A stretch of 64,000 nt of DNA, from assembly GCF_018350175.1 (NCBI RefSeq), contig NC_058368.1, positions 164,922,001 to 164,986,000 on the forward strand, given 5' to 3'. The first letter of the stretch is position 1. Every line of letters starts with the position of its first letter. The notes under the pieces were generated by a model, which made no database searches, was not told where the DNA came from, and saw only the letters and a list, made by a program, of their open reading frames with translations. Of this stretch, positions 25,144 through 37,885 are shown one piece after another. This DNA comes from Felis catus. Its lineage: Eukaryota. The translations under genes and the position numbers were made by a program.

Positions 25144-26374
25144 TAAAAAGTGTTTAATAAATGTTCGTTAAGTGAACAATTAAATGGAGAACAACTATGT
25201 ACTAATCTTATACTCTATCATTAATACATAATCCTTATAAAAAGGGAAATTCTACACATACTTAATTGTTTATTTTTTAATAGTCAGTAGGGCCAGAAAA
25301 TAATTTTGAGATCCAAGAAAGTAAATGGTGTAATTTGGGGATTAAATATAATGGAAAGTACTATGCTTTAATGGAAAAAGCATGATCATGGATATAGGCA
25401 AAATTAGATTTTCATCTGAAATTACCTAATTTTAGTTGTGAAGTCAAAGAGTAATTATTTAACTTCTCTGACATTCATTGCTATCATCTGTAAAATGTGA
25501 ACAATAATAAAAGAGGAGGAGAAATAAAGTGGTGAGTTCAATCTCTGGTACATAGTAGATGATCATTAAATATGAATTCACTTCTCCTTTCCTGGAGCCT
25601 TGTGAGCTCAGCATTTGAACAGAATTAGTCATGATGATGGAACATGCCAGGTTAAAGCTGTCTAGAAATAAGGAAGTTAAAGGAAAATATAGACTATGTA
25701 GACATTGACTTATTTAATTATGAAGATAATAATTTGAAATTTTCCAAAATTGATTTAAACATTTTTACAGGGCTACTTTAAAAATTCTTTTTTAATATTG
25801 GTGTTTCCTAAGTTCAGTTTTATAGTAGTCTAGTTTTGGGTGTAAAAAAGTACTAAAATTTTCTTGACACGTTTGCAATATTTTTTTATTATTACCCCTA
25901 GTATCTTTTGTTATTTCAGTAACTCCACAAAGAAGCCAGTCTCTTTATAGTTTCTTCTTTTAGAAACTATGTATGTCAGCCTCCTCTGCATCTATCACAT
26001 TTATCTTAAACTTTCTGGTGTGTTATGTGAAACAATACCAGCACCTTCTGCTTGAAGTAGATAAAAATGACAGGATAAAAAGCTGACTATGAAAAAAGAA
26101 ACACATAAACAAACAAACAAAAAACCTGGCTCATTTGCAAAATAGTAAAATGTTTTCCACTGCCTCAAAGATAAACATTTTGAAACAAAGCTTACTTTTC
26201 ACCCATTTTTATACTGAATAACTTCCTTTGAGATCTGTGAACAGGGCTCCTGATAAAATTAACACTTTTAGTAATTAATTGACTATTCTACTTCATTGAA
26301 AAATGTCTTGATAGGAGAACGATTCTTTCATTAGGGGACTGAGAACTTGAGTTAAATATTAAGGAATAATTTAT

Positions 26375-26580
26375 GGAGCTCCTAGGTAGCTCAGTTGGTT
26401 AAGTGTTCGACATCGGCTCGGGTCATGATCTCATGGTTCATGGGTTGGAGCCCAGTGTTGGGCTCTGTGCTGACAGCTCAGAGCCTGGAGTCTGCTTCAT
26501 ATTCTGTGTTTCCCTCTCTCTCTGCCCCTCCCCCACTTAACACTCTCTCAAAAAAAATGAATAAACATTAAAAAAATTTT
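26375..26580 (+). mobile_element. CanSINE
   Basis: Head, CT segment and A-tail. Degenerate TSD aaggaataatttat/aagaaatattttat. Confidence 0.95.
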
Positions 26581-27049
26581 AAAGAAATATTTTATGATTT
26601 TTAAAGGATTAAAAGATAAAAGTTAAAAGATCACCTAAGTATGATTACCAATATAAATAGCCTCTACATGTCTTTACTACAGTGATGTAAATAGTCAGGG
26701 AAATATTATTCACTGGATTAAAACACTATCTCAAGAGTTCAAATAAACAGGTAGATTTTAATTTATGGGAGTTAAGAAACCCAGTAGCCATTCCCTTGAT
26801 GGTAATCAGAGAGGGGATTCCACACTTCTCTCTCTTTACCTTCACCAGGCTATTACCTTGAATTTTCTAGACTTTTCTAGAATATGGTCTTTTATAGACA
26901 AGGAATGTCAATAATACTATAATATCCAATATCTTTGGAAATTTCTTTTTAGTGCTCCATGCAATTATATTTCAAGGGAGGAATCTCAGAAGCATCTGTA
27001 GAAAGAAACCATGAAACTCATTGTTTGGCTTAACATTTATTGAAACCTC

Positions 27050-27840
27050 AGTTGCAGGACAATATGACAGAGACCCATTTCTCCCTTATCCTCACTGCTA
27101 AATATAGCTAAAAACCCTGGAAATATTGAAAGAGACAACCAAAGGAGATCTCTGAAAGTTGTAGGCCAGAAAGCAAACTGGTTTGGAGTCCCAGGATTAG
27201 AGGAACAGAGTGCCAAGCTGTCTTACATCCTCCTATCAAGAGAAGACAAGGCATTTCACAACACCCAAACCAGGAACAGAAAACATTCCTAGTATGCCCA
27301 TTCCTTTCCTATACTGAATGGGAGCTGTGCCTAACACACCAGATTAAACCTGGTAGAACCAGCAAAGGAGATTGATCTGGAGTTTCACCAATAATGACAC
27401 TCTTTCCTCACTGGCCCTGGACCTGAGACTTGTTTACGTGGTCTAGAGACATCAGGGAAGTTGATGGGGAAGAAGTAGTATAGGGTGGAAGGACCTGTAG
27501 GGAGATCACATCACAAGACAACAAGTAGTCTGGGAATCAGTCTCCATTTCCAAAAGACAGGAGTGGTCCTGCCATAACAAGTGTCCTGCCAGGGAAGTAT
27601 CTTCATCTGTGAAAACCAGGGACTACACTCCTCCACCAACATACGCCAAGTGGCCATCACTGGGGATGGCCATCCTTACCTTTCTCCATCCTTACCACTA
27701 GCAGTAAATAGAGAGAACATCAGCAGTACCATATAAACTAGCAGACCAAAGTAACAGTATGAAATATATGAAAGTTGAACTGTCATAGAACCAAAACCTA
27801 CAAAAATAGGCCAAGACATGTATGCTAAACATAAGCATCT
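27050..27840 (+). mobile_element. Ancient L1 5' region relic (L1M-type)
   Basis: ctgctaaatatagctaaaaaccctgga...ctctgaaag motifs resemble recalled old L1M 5' ends. Confidence 0.45.
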
Positions 27841-28154
27841 CACCCTTAATGCTAGTGGTAAATTCAGTGCATCCAATTCAACAAGCATTCCATTTAGTCA
27901 TTCCCAAGATTTAGAAAAACATAAGGATGATATAGATCAAAGAAGAACTGTGTAGGAGATCAACAGAAAACTGGCCAATGAAAAGATTTGTGTTCTTTCC
28001 ATGGAGAAAATGAAGAAAATACTGATGAGTGAACAACTAAGAATTCAGACTATCCATCCACCTCTAATTAGAAGCAAATACCTCTTCAAAGTTTAGATCA
28101 GTCATGCAATGACTTTTGTGTAGCAAGGAAACAGCTGTTGAAAAAGAGGGGCTT

Positions 28155-28386
28155 GGGGCGCCTGGGTGGCGCAGTCGGTTGAGCGTCCGACTTCAGCCAG
28201 GTCACGATCTCGTGGTCCGTGGGTTCAAGCCCTGCGTCGGGCTCTGGGCTGATGGCTCAGAGCCTGGAGCCTGTTTCCGATGCTGTGTCTCCCTCTCTCT
28301 CTCTGCCCCTCCCCTGTTCATGCTCTGTCTCTCTCTGTCCCAAAAATAAATAAATGTTGAAAAAAAAATTAAAAAAAAAAAAAAAA
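28155..28386 (+). mobile_element. Young felid CanSINE
   Basis: CpG-rich head, long A-tail, perfect 15-bp TSD gaaaaagaggggctt (28140-28154 / 28387-28401). Confidence 0.98.
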
Positions 28387-28913
28387 GAAAAAGAGGGGCT
28401 TTTCAGTATTGGCTCTTATCCATGGAACCAATGCTTAGTGACAAATTCTTTTTTTAAGATTTGATCATTACTTTATGAATCTGTCACTTAGCAATACCTA
28501 CGGTATCAGAAATGGGGACAGTTCACTCAGATTCAAATACCAGTCAGTAGCAGGAGATAAATATCAAAACATCATCAGTGGCTGTCAGTACAAAACTTCT
28601 ACCTGACCCTATCCTCCCTCCTTGTCCCATCCACTACTGCCCCCCTCTACCCCAGGTGGCTACCACTTCACCGCTGCCAGCTGTCCCCCACATATACTAC
28701 ATGTGATGTGTGGCCCACCCTAAGGTAGCTGAGAGAAGCAGGAGTGAGACAAGCCAAACTCTCTGTGCTGCAAATCTGTCCCCATTTGTTCTTATACTGC
28801 AAACTTCTTCAAGGGTCTGGTCTTTCAATACCAGTGATAAATAGCTTTTTAGAAAAAAAAATCATTAAAAGAAGGGGGTTTAATGCTGATCACTCCAAAC
28901 TGATCATCTTCTT

Positions 28914-29378
28914 CTTTTTTGTCTTTCAATTTTTTTGAACAATTTTTTTTATTTTTTTTTTCAACGTTTATTTATTTTTGGGACAGAGAGAGACAGAGCA
29001 TGAACGGGGGAGGGGCAGAGAGAGAGGGAGACACAGAATCTGAAACAGGCTCCAGGCTCTGAGCCATCAGCCCAGAGCCTGACGCGGGGCTCGAACTCAT
29101 GGACCACGAGATCGTGACCTGGCTGAAGTTGGACGCCCAACCGACTGCACCACCCAGGCACCCCGTCTTTCAATTTTTTTAATGTTTATTTATTTTTGAG
29201 AGAGAGACAGAGTGTGAGTCAGGGAGGGGCAGAGAGAGAGGGAGACACTGAATCTGAAATAGGTTCTAGGCTCTGAGCTGTCACCATGGAGCCAGTCATG
29301 GGACTCAAACTCACAAAGTCTGACATCATGACCTGAGCCAAAGTTGGACACTTAACTGTCTAAGCCACCCAGGCACCC
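28914..29378 (-). mobile_element. Older CanSINE within the MAX retrocopy 3'UTR
   Basis: 17-bp TSD with 2 mismatches: aaactgatcatcttctt / aaaatggtcatcttctt. Confidence 0.93.
28937..29164 (-). mobile_element. Young CanSINE inserted in the A-tail of the older SINE
   Basis: Perfect 16-bp TSD gtctttcaattttttt (28921-28936 / 29165-29180). Confidence 0.96.
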
Positions 29379-30906
29379 AAAATGGTCATCTTCTTGAAGT
29401 AGAGCAGTCCACAGATTCACAGTCTATCAAATGGAGGTGAGAATGGCCTGGGAGGAAAGACAGAGAGGCAGGATTCCCCCAGGCTGGTGCCCTGGAGGGC
29501 TGGAGGAGCTCGTGTTCATAGTCACGACACTATGTGCTCAGAGGTCCAGCTGGCCATGTGTCCTCCACAGAAAAAAAAAAAAAAGCTTCCAAGTTGGGTT
29601 GTTTGGGCTTAAAAATTCCTAGTGTGGACAGGGAATCCCTGAAGGGAAATGTTAAAAAACAAATAATAAGGTGGAAATGGAGAAGGAGAAAGAGAGCTGT
29701 TGCCTAAGAGCTTCTACATAAAAAGGAACTTAAAAATAAAAAGGAAGTAAGAGGAAAAAAAGAGTCTCTAATACAGTTCTGAAGATTCTAAGCATAAACT
29801 GAAAGAAAGTAGGGTGAGATGCTGGAGGAGACAGTTTGTATTGCTGGCCTGTCCAGCAGAGCTTAACTGGCCTCCCTCTGACACTTCTCTCTGCTTTGGG
29901 CTCTGACATCGAGCTGGAGTCTGAGCGTCTATCAAAGGTATGAGTAGTGCTGCCCTTGGCATTGGTGTACAGATGGTTGTCTGAGCAGGGGTAGTTGGTC
30001 TGAATTTGGACATTCGACCTCGCCTCTTCCAACGCAAGGGCTTGCTGGCTCCAAAAGAGTGTTCTGTCACTCGAGGTCATCAGTATCTTGCTGGTGTGTG
30101 TGGTTTTTCCTTTGCGTATGCTGGATATACTCTGTGGCTTTGTCTGGGATTTCGGCCCAGAGTGCCTGCTGTCCTTGGAGTGACAGGACCAAGTCCCACA
30201 ACCCGTGAAAGCCATCTTTGATGTGGTTCCTATGTTTTCATTCCAGTGTGTTATGAAGAGCCTGTTTGTCATAGGCAGATTGAAACCTCAGTTGCTTTTT
30301 TTTGCTCTCCACCTCAATGTCATGGTTGTGGCTCAGTTCCCATGGCCCAGGGAGCAGCCAACAAGGACAACAAACCAAGCACCGCCCCCCCCCCCCCACA
30401 CTCATTTGCTCCTCACTCACTCTTTCACTAAACACACATAACATGGGTTAGAACCACCTCCTCAAGCTAGTGACAAATTCAATAACATTAGATAATTGCA
30501 TTTATCATAGTTACCCTAATGTTTGTTGCATCACCCTTGAGAAACTAATTTTCTTTAAATCTGGTCTACTGGGAGGAGACAAAAGGCTAATCAGAGAACA
30601 TTAACTTTAATTGTCATGTTGAGCCCTTAGGATGGGTCAAATGTCAGTGCCAACCGTAAACCAATTCTTTTCTTAGCTTCTCTTGGTGAATAAGCACCAC
30701 AGCTAGGTACCAGATGTGTGTCCTGTCAAATTGAGATAAGACAAGATTGCAAGGAACATAGATAAAGAACACGGTTGAAGAAAACCTGTGTTTGGACAAT
30801 TTTCTTTTTTTCCCCTTTATATGAAAGATAGCTGAAAGTTCAGATTTATACTTCAAGGAGATATCTGCTGAAAAGAGAAGGAATCAGTCTGAATATATGC
30901 CTGTTT

Positions 30907-31178
30907 ATTTTATTTTATTTTATTTTTATTTTTTTAAATATGAAATTTATTGTCAAATTGGTTTCTATACAACACCCAGTGCTCATCCCAACGGGTGCCC
31001 TCCTCAATACCCATTACCCACCCTCCCCTCCCTCCCACCACTCTGGAAAACAGTGTGGATGTTCTTCAAAATTTTCAAAATAGATCTACCCTATGACCCA
31101 GCAATAGCTCTGCTAGGAATTTACCCAAGGATATACAGGAGTACTGATGCATAGGAGCAAGTGTACCCCAATGTTTAT
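30907..31178. mobile_element. Short 5'-inverted (twin-primed) felid L1
   Basis: Minus-strand poly(A) plus 3'UTR (30907-31039) is fused to a plus-strand ORF2 3' piece (31038-31178). Perfect 15-bp TSD aatatatgcctgttt. Confidence 0.93.
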
Positions 31179-32822
31179 AATATATGCCTGTTTAAAGCCG
31201 ATGTAAACAAAAACTAGATACTTGACTAAAGACTCTTCTCTAGCTGTTTGCCCAGAACCACCATCTCAGTTCTCACTAGAAAGGAAGTTCCCTCCAGAAT
31301 GTGTTCCACACACTTTCTTGTGTCTTGTCCCTCCCTTAATTCCCAGCTACTTTCACAGTCTCTGAGTTACTCTGACCAGAGTACAGCTCTTTGGGATTCC
31401 TTGAAGAAATAGGTTATACTAAACTTATTTAGGAATATGTCTATACCAATCTCATTTTGTCATTTTTATACAAATGGTGCTAAATTAAATTCAGTTTTCT
31501 CCTCCTTATTTTGGTTTAATGACACATCTTAAAGTTTGTCCTGTATCACTGCGTAGTGAGCTGTCTCTTCTCCCTACTCCCTGTGGCTACATGATAGTAT
31601 TCTCTTTTATCAATTACCATAATTTATTCAGCTTTACTAAACTACATCTAGAGTTTTCTAATCTTTTGTTCTTATAAAAATGCAGACAATGATATTCTTA
31701 AGCTTACTTTTTTCATGAATATATGTGATTGCATCTAAAGTATATATTCTGAGTACATTTTCTAAGTCAGATAATATGTCCATCAAAATGATGACAAGTA
31801 ATGTTGAGAGGGCTTTACAAATATGTGGAACTGGTTACCCTGTGCCAACATGTATAAGAGTATTGCTTGCCTCATTGTTTTGAAATATTCAAAACTCTCA
31901 TCTATAATCCCATATATCCTACTCTATCCGGTGTTAGATTCAACAAAACTATTGATTTTTTTTAATGAAATAAGTTGGGAAACAGCTCCATCTAAATCCC
32001 AGTGAACAAAATTTTCAGTATAGGTGTTTTGCTGTGCATTGTAACAATAATATTTTCATTGGTATCAGTTGCCTGCTAAAATCTAAGTGTTTGGTCTTTG
32101 TGACTATACTAGCTGAGTTATCCTATTCTCCACCCCATGCAAAATGGTCACTCTTTTCCTTGCTATAAGACACAATGGGTTAGATATGTTTTCTCATTCT
32201 TGGATACTTGCATGGTGAGCAGCAGCTCCATAAAATAATACAGAGCAGAGATTTTCATTCATCAATACCAAAGAATGCTTTTAAATAGCTAAGGTATATT
32301 CTGATTTATAAGCATTACATCCTATAAAGTATATGGTTATTTTCATCCCTTTTTTTGTTAAACATTGTATTTGAGGAAGTTAAATATGTATAGGATATCA
32401 ATAATCCCTTGTAGCCCCCAAATTAGAATTTGCCACACCTTGTTCAAAAAATCAATCTACTGCCAGGGTAAGAAAACTATTCAATAGTATCTTCCAATAT
32501 TCCGGCAATTTAGGATTGGTGTCTAGGAAAATATTAGAGTCAATTGCTTGTAGAAGGACTACCTGTAAAACACAGATGTCAAACATATATTTTATATTAA
32601 AGAGTTTGTCTGAAACAAACTGTGTTTTGAAACACTTTGTTGTATATGTTGTAGAAGGAGAAGCCTGTGTGGATTAGTGCATTCCGTGGCATCTGTCAAT
32701 GTAAAGGATGACATCTACCTTTTGGATTTCCAAATGGAAATAGGATGTAATTATTTTAAAGAGCTTTATTATCTTTTTTTCTTGAGTGATTTTTTTTTTC
32801 TTTTCATAGGAGTCTTGTTTCT

Positions 32823-33259
32823 TTTTTTCTTTTTAAGTTTATTTATTTTGAGAGAGAGTGTATGCAGAGGAGGGGCAGAGAGAGAGGGAGAGAGAATCTT
32901 AAGCAGCCTCTATGCCATGAACACAGAGCCCAATGTGGGGTTCGAATTCACAAACCGTGAGTCATGACCTGAGCTAAGATCAAGAATTGGACACTTAGGG
33001 ATGCCTGGGTGGCTCAGTCAGGTAAGTGTCCATCTTCAGCTCAGGTCATGATCTTGTGGTTTGTGAATTCGAACCCCACATTGGGCTCTGTGCTAACAGC
33101 TCAGAGCCTGGAGCCTGCTTCTGATTCTATGTCTTCCTCTCTCTGCCTCTCCCCTGCTTGTGCTCTGTCTCTCTCTGTCTCTCAAAAATAAATAAAAATG
33201 TAAAAAAAAAAAAAAAAAAAGAGTTGGGCACTTAACTGACTGAGCCATCCAGGTGCCCC
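32823..33259 (-). mobile_element. CanSINE hosting a nested SINE
   Basis: TSD aggagtcttgtttct/aggtgtcttgtttct. The head is split by the inner SINE. Confidence 0.93.
32998..33218 (+). mobile_element. CanSINE nested in opposite orientation
   Basis: TSD aagaattggacactta/aagagttgggcactta. Confidence 0.93.
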
Positions 33260-35354
33260 AAGGTGTCTTGTTTCTGATGCAAGAAAAAAAAATTCTTAAT
33301 TAGAAGAAATCTTGAATGAAAATAGACAATCCAGACTGCAATGGTCTTTTTTAATGTAAGAAAAAATTCCTGTCAGTGACGTAAAAAAAACCAGTAGCAT
33401 ATGTATGAAACAAAGTGATCGTCTGTTTTGTTTTTGAATGTCTAGCTTCTAATAAATAGACAAAATTATGCAAGATTTCAGACATTGTAAGCATAAAATT
33501 GAGTATTTGGGATCCATGGGTATAATCATATAATCCTCTGTCCCTTTCAATGTCATAAGACTCAGTTTCCCTCTAAATTTGCTAATTGAAACTAGTGCTT
33601 CCCCTTTTTTTGGATTATAATTTGTGCAGTTTCCAAAATTTTGATCATTCATGTGTAAAATAGAATGTCAACCCAGAAATTAAAATTTCTACACGATGAG
33701 TTAACACCCACATCTTCAAACTTACTTGAAATTGAGGCCACACAATTCCCTCAGATGCAGGAAGCCTAAAGAGTAATGGACTATGGTTTGCAGCTTCTCT
33801 CATCTTGTTCTGTTCTTAAGAAGATTCCATACCAGCTCTCTGTGAAATGTGTCACCAGGAAATATTTCTTCGTTGGCCAAACCATAGAGGGAAGACTGAT
33901 CCAAATGCCCAGTGAAAGCAGCTAGCCAGCCTGTGACAAATGGCATCATTTTCTCACAAGAAGTAAGGGAATAATTCACTGTTTTCCCAAATTGCAGGGA
34001 ACATATATGTGCTCTGATTGGTTAAAACCTGAAGGAAAAAAACCTCAGATGTTTTTAATGATAAATTAACTTTCAACACATTGATAGAACAACTTAATAA
34101 AAATATCTACTCAGTGTTTTAAGGGGTGAAGTTCAGAGCTATTTTCTCTTATGTTATCATTCCTTTATTGAATTCTCTCTTCTTTTGTTGTCTATCACGA
34201 TGAATAGGAAGTGAATCCATATTTTTCTCCCATCCCCTTCTTTAGTAATTAGCAGTATGTGTAAAAGGGGATTAGTTCATATGAATATGCTCATAATATC
34301 ACTTAGAAAGATAAATTCCATGCTTTCACAATAGGTTTGAACTTTGAAAAGCTCAAGCATTCTGATTGCCAGTTAAGTTACAGTAAACATCTATTAATTA
34401 GAAAACAAAAAAGATACAGTATTATAGCAAATTTAATTTCTGTATGAACTGAAAGCTTGCTCAAAACACAGTTAAACTATCACAAAGAAGAAATATTTCT
34501 AAATCCTGTAAAAATAATTATAACCTGGATATAAATATCTGATGATAACTATATCAAAAAAGAAAATTATAGAGCAACTTTATGTACAGTTGTGTGAAAA
34601 TTATTAATGTAATATTAATATACAGAAACTGACAGCTTCTTAAAAATGTAGTTGTCTTGAGTGTTATTTTTCCCAAGAAATGAAGAATGTTTCAATATTT
34701 AACATAATTTACCAAAATTTATAAGAAAAATCACATATCATTTCTATAGTAACTGAGAATTTAACAACATTTTGGATAAAAACAATAAGCATAACATGGT
34801 TCTATAGGTATTTCTTTCACTCTATAAAATATATCAATCTCAGCCCCAAATCCACCATCATGCTTGATGGGGAACCATTTGGAGACATGTCTATTACTGT
34901 AAAAAAAAAAAAAAAAGAATGACAAGTGCCCACTTTTATTGCTATTATTAAATATTTAGGTACTAGTCAATACAATTTAAAAAACTTAGAAGAAAAAATA
35001 AAGTAGTTGACAAATCTATTAAATTTGAACGTGGCACAATTGTATACCTGGAAAACCCAAGAGAATTAACTAAAAACCTAACACAAATATAAAGCAATAT
35101 TATAGGACATAGATGTGCCAAATCAATATATATAAATTAATAATTTTCATATACAATATACTGGAATAAATTACCTCATTCAAAATGCCAACATAATAGC
35201 TGTTTCTAGGAATGTGCACAATATGAAATGCACAGGATTTCTAGGAAACAAACTTTTAAACAATCATTGCCAACACAAAAGAAGTCTTGAAAGGAAGGAA
35301 AGATATATTCTTGACTAGAATGACACATTAAAATAAATACAGTTATTTTTGTAA

Positions 35355-35559
35355 GGGTGCCTGGGTGACTCAGTCAGTTATGCATCCAACTTCAGCTCAG
35401 GTCATGATCTCACAGCTCATGAGTTCGAGCCCTGCGTCGGGTTTGTGCTATCAATTCAGAGCCTGGAGCCTGCTTCCAATTCTGTGTCTCCCTCTCTCTC
35501 TGCCCCTTTCCTGTTCACGCTCTCTCTCTCTCTCAAAAATAAATAAACATTAAAAAAAT
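35355..35559 (+). mobile_element. CanSINE
   Basis: TSD includes aaatacagttattttt on both sides. Confidence 0.95.
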
Positions 35560-35814
35560 AAAATACAGTTATTTTTAAGTTTATTCATAAGGTAATACAG
35601 TACCAATGAAAATACCTAGACACCAGTAGGCTATTTAGGCTATTTATTATTATTATTATTATTATTATTTTATTTAATTTTTTTACTAAATGAACTAATT
35701 CTAAAATTTATGTGGAAAAAGAACTAAAATAGGAAAATTCTAAAAAATTAAAAAATAATAAGGGGAAAACAATGTGTGCAATCTCACTTTTTCAGGGACC
35801 TAAGTCCCCCCCCT

Positions 35815-37885
35815 TTTTTTTTACTTTCTTTTTTACTTTTTCCCCCAGTTTTATTGAGATATAATTGGCAAATAAAAGTTACATATATTCACAGTGTATA
35901 ACCTGACATTGTGATATATGTGTACATTGTAAAATAGTTACCACCATCAAGCTACTTAACGTATCCATCATCTCAAACGGTTATCATCTTTGGTGTGTGG
36001 TAAGAACAATTAAAATGTACTCTCTTAACAAGTTTCAGTTATATAGTACAGTGTTATTAACTATAGTTACCATGCTGTACTTTACCTCTTCAAAATTCGT
36101 TCACCCTGTATAAAGGAAAATTTATATTATTTGACCAACATTTTCTCATTTCCTCCACCCCCAGCTCCTAGCAATTACCATTCCACTTTCTGCTTCTGAG
36201 TTTGACTTTTTCAGATTTATGTATAAGTGAAATGATACAGTGTTTGACTTTGTGTGCTTGGCTCATTCCATTTGGCATAATGTCCTCCAGGTTCATTGCT
36301 ATTGTCACAAACAGGACGTCTTTCTTTTTTATGGCTGAACATATTCCATTGCATAAATATGCCATATGTTCTTTATCCATTCACTGGTCAATAGACAAGT
36401 AGGTTGATTTCATATCTTGGTTATTGTAAATAATGTGATGAACATGGAGTGCAGATAAATCTTTGAGGAGATGATTTCCCTTCTTTTGGATATGTACCCA
36501 GAAGTGGGATTGCTGGATCATACAGTTCTATTTTTAATTTTTTGAGGGATCTCTATACCTGTCCATAATGACTGTGCAAGTTTACATTCCCAACAGTGTA
36601 CAAAGGTTCCCTCTCTCTTCATATCCTCACCAACACTTGTTATTTCTTATCTTTTTTATTCTAACAGATGTGAGGTGGTATCTCATTGTTTTGATTTGCA
36701 TTTCCAGATGATTAATGACTTTGAGTAATTTTTTCATATAACTGTTGGACATCTGTCTATATTCTTTTGAAAAATGTCTATTAAGGTCCTTTGCCTGTTT
36801 TTATTTTTAGTTATTTTAAATTTTTTAATGTTTATTTTTGAGAGAGAGTGAGAGACAGAACATGAGTGGGGGAGGGGCAGAGAGAGAGGGAGACACAGAA
36901 TCTGAAGCAGGCTCGAGGCCCTGAGCTGTCACCACAGAGCCCGTCGCAGGGCTCCAATTCATGAACTGTGTAATTATGACCTGAGCCAAAGTTGGATGCT
37001 TAACTGACTGAGCCACCCAGGCGCCCCTCTTTGCCTGTTTTTTAATTGGTTTGTTTGTTTGCTCTTGGGTTGAGTTCCTTTATATATCTTGGATATTAAT
37101 CCCTTGTCAGGTGTATGGTTTGCAAATATTTTCTCCTGTTTTGTAGATTGTCTCTTCACTTGGTTGTTTTTGTTTGTTGTGCAAAAGCCTTTTAATTTGG
37201 TACAATCCCATTTGTCTGTTTTTGCTTCTGTTTCTGTGCTTTTAGAGTCATATTAAAAACATCATTGCCTAAATGAATGTCAAGAAACTTTTTCCTACAT
37301 TTTCTTCCAGCATCTTTTCAGTTTCTGGTCTTATATTTAAGTCTTTAATCCATTTTGACTAGATTTGTCTGTACAGTGTGAGAAAAGAGTGCAATTTCAG
37401 TCTTCTGCATATAGATATCCAGTTTTCCCACCACCATTTATTGAAGAAACTGTCCTTTACTCATTGCATATTCTTGGAAACTTAGTCAAAGATCAATTAA
37501 CTGTAAATGCATGGATTTATTTCTGAGCTCTCTATTGTGTTCCATTGGTATATGTATTTCTTTTTATGTCAGGCACATGCTGTTTTGATTGATATAGGTT
37601 TATAGCATATTTTGAAACCAGGTAACATGATGCCTCCAGCTTGTTCTTTTGGCTCAGCATTGTTGGACTGTTTTGTGTCTTTCACTATTTCTTATGAATT
37701 TTAAGATTGTTTATCCTATTTTCATGAAAAAATTCCATTATAATATTAACAGGGATTGCATCAAATCTGTAGGTCACAGGGTAATATGGACATTTTGACA
37801 ATATTAATTCTTTTTAATCCATGAACATGGATATATTTCTATTTATTGCTGTCTTCCTCAATTTCTTTTTTCAATGTTTCGTATA
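35815..37885 (-). mobile_element. 5'-truncated older L1 (L1MA-type) 3' portion
   Basis: 3' end ttttattgagatataattgg after a T-rich tail; decayed ORF2 C-terminal homology. Confidence 0.85.
36803..37027 (-). mobile_element. CanSINE inserted in L1
   Basis: TSD ctttgcctgttttt on both sides. Confidence 0.95.

Larger units (their letters stand above)
28449..30467 (-). pseudogene. MAX: Full-length processed pseudogene of MAX (MYC-associated factor X), long isoform
   Basis: Intronless CDS 30336->29863: (L)[127 protein letters not shown] matches MAX. GT-rich 5'UTR, long 3'UTR, A-tail at 28449-28455, TSD tagtgacaaattc (28436-28448 / 30468-30480). Start codon mutated to CTG, two nonsense codons, frameshifts. 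Confidence 0.97.

Noticed and set aside
28155..28240. tRNA genes at SINE heads (here and at the other CanSINEs)
   Set aside because: These are tRNA-derived SINE heads followed by a CT segment, A-tail and TSD, not cloverleaf tRNAs.
29730..30272. 180-aa ORF (and the overlapping 100-aa ORF 29768-30070) as a novel gene
   Set aside because: A by-product of the MAX pseudogene: a shifted frame over the bHLH, then MAX frame after the frameshift, then read-through into the 3'UTR. No independent support.
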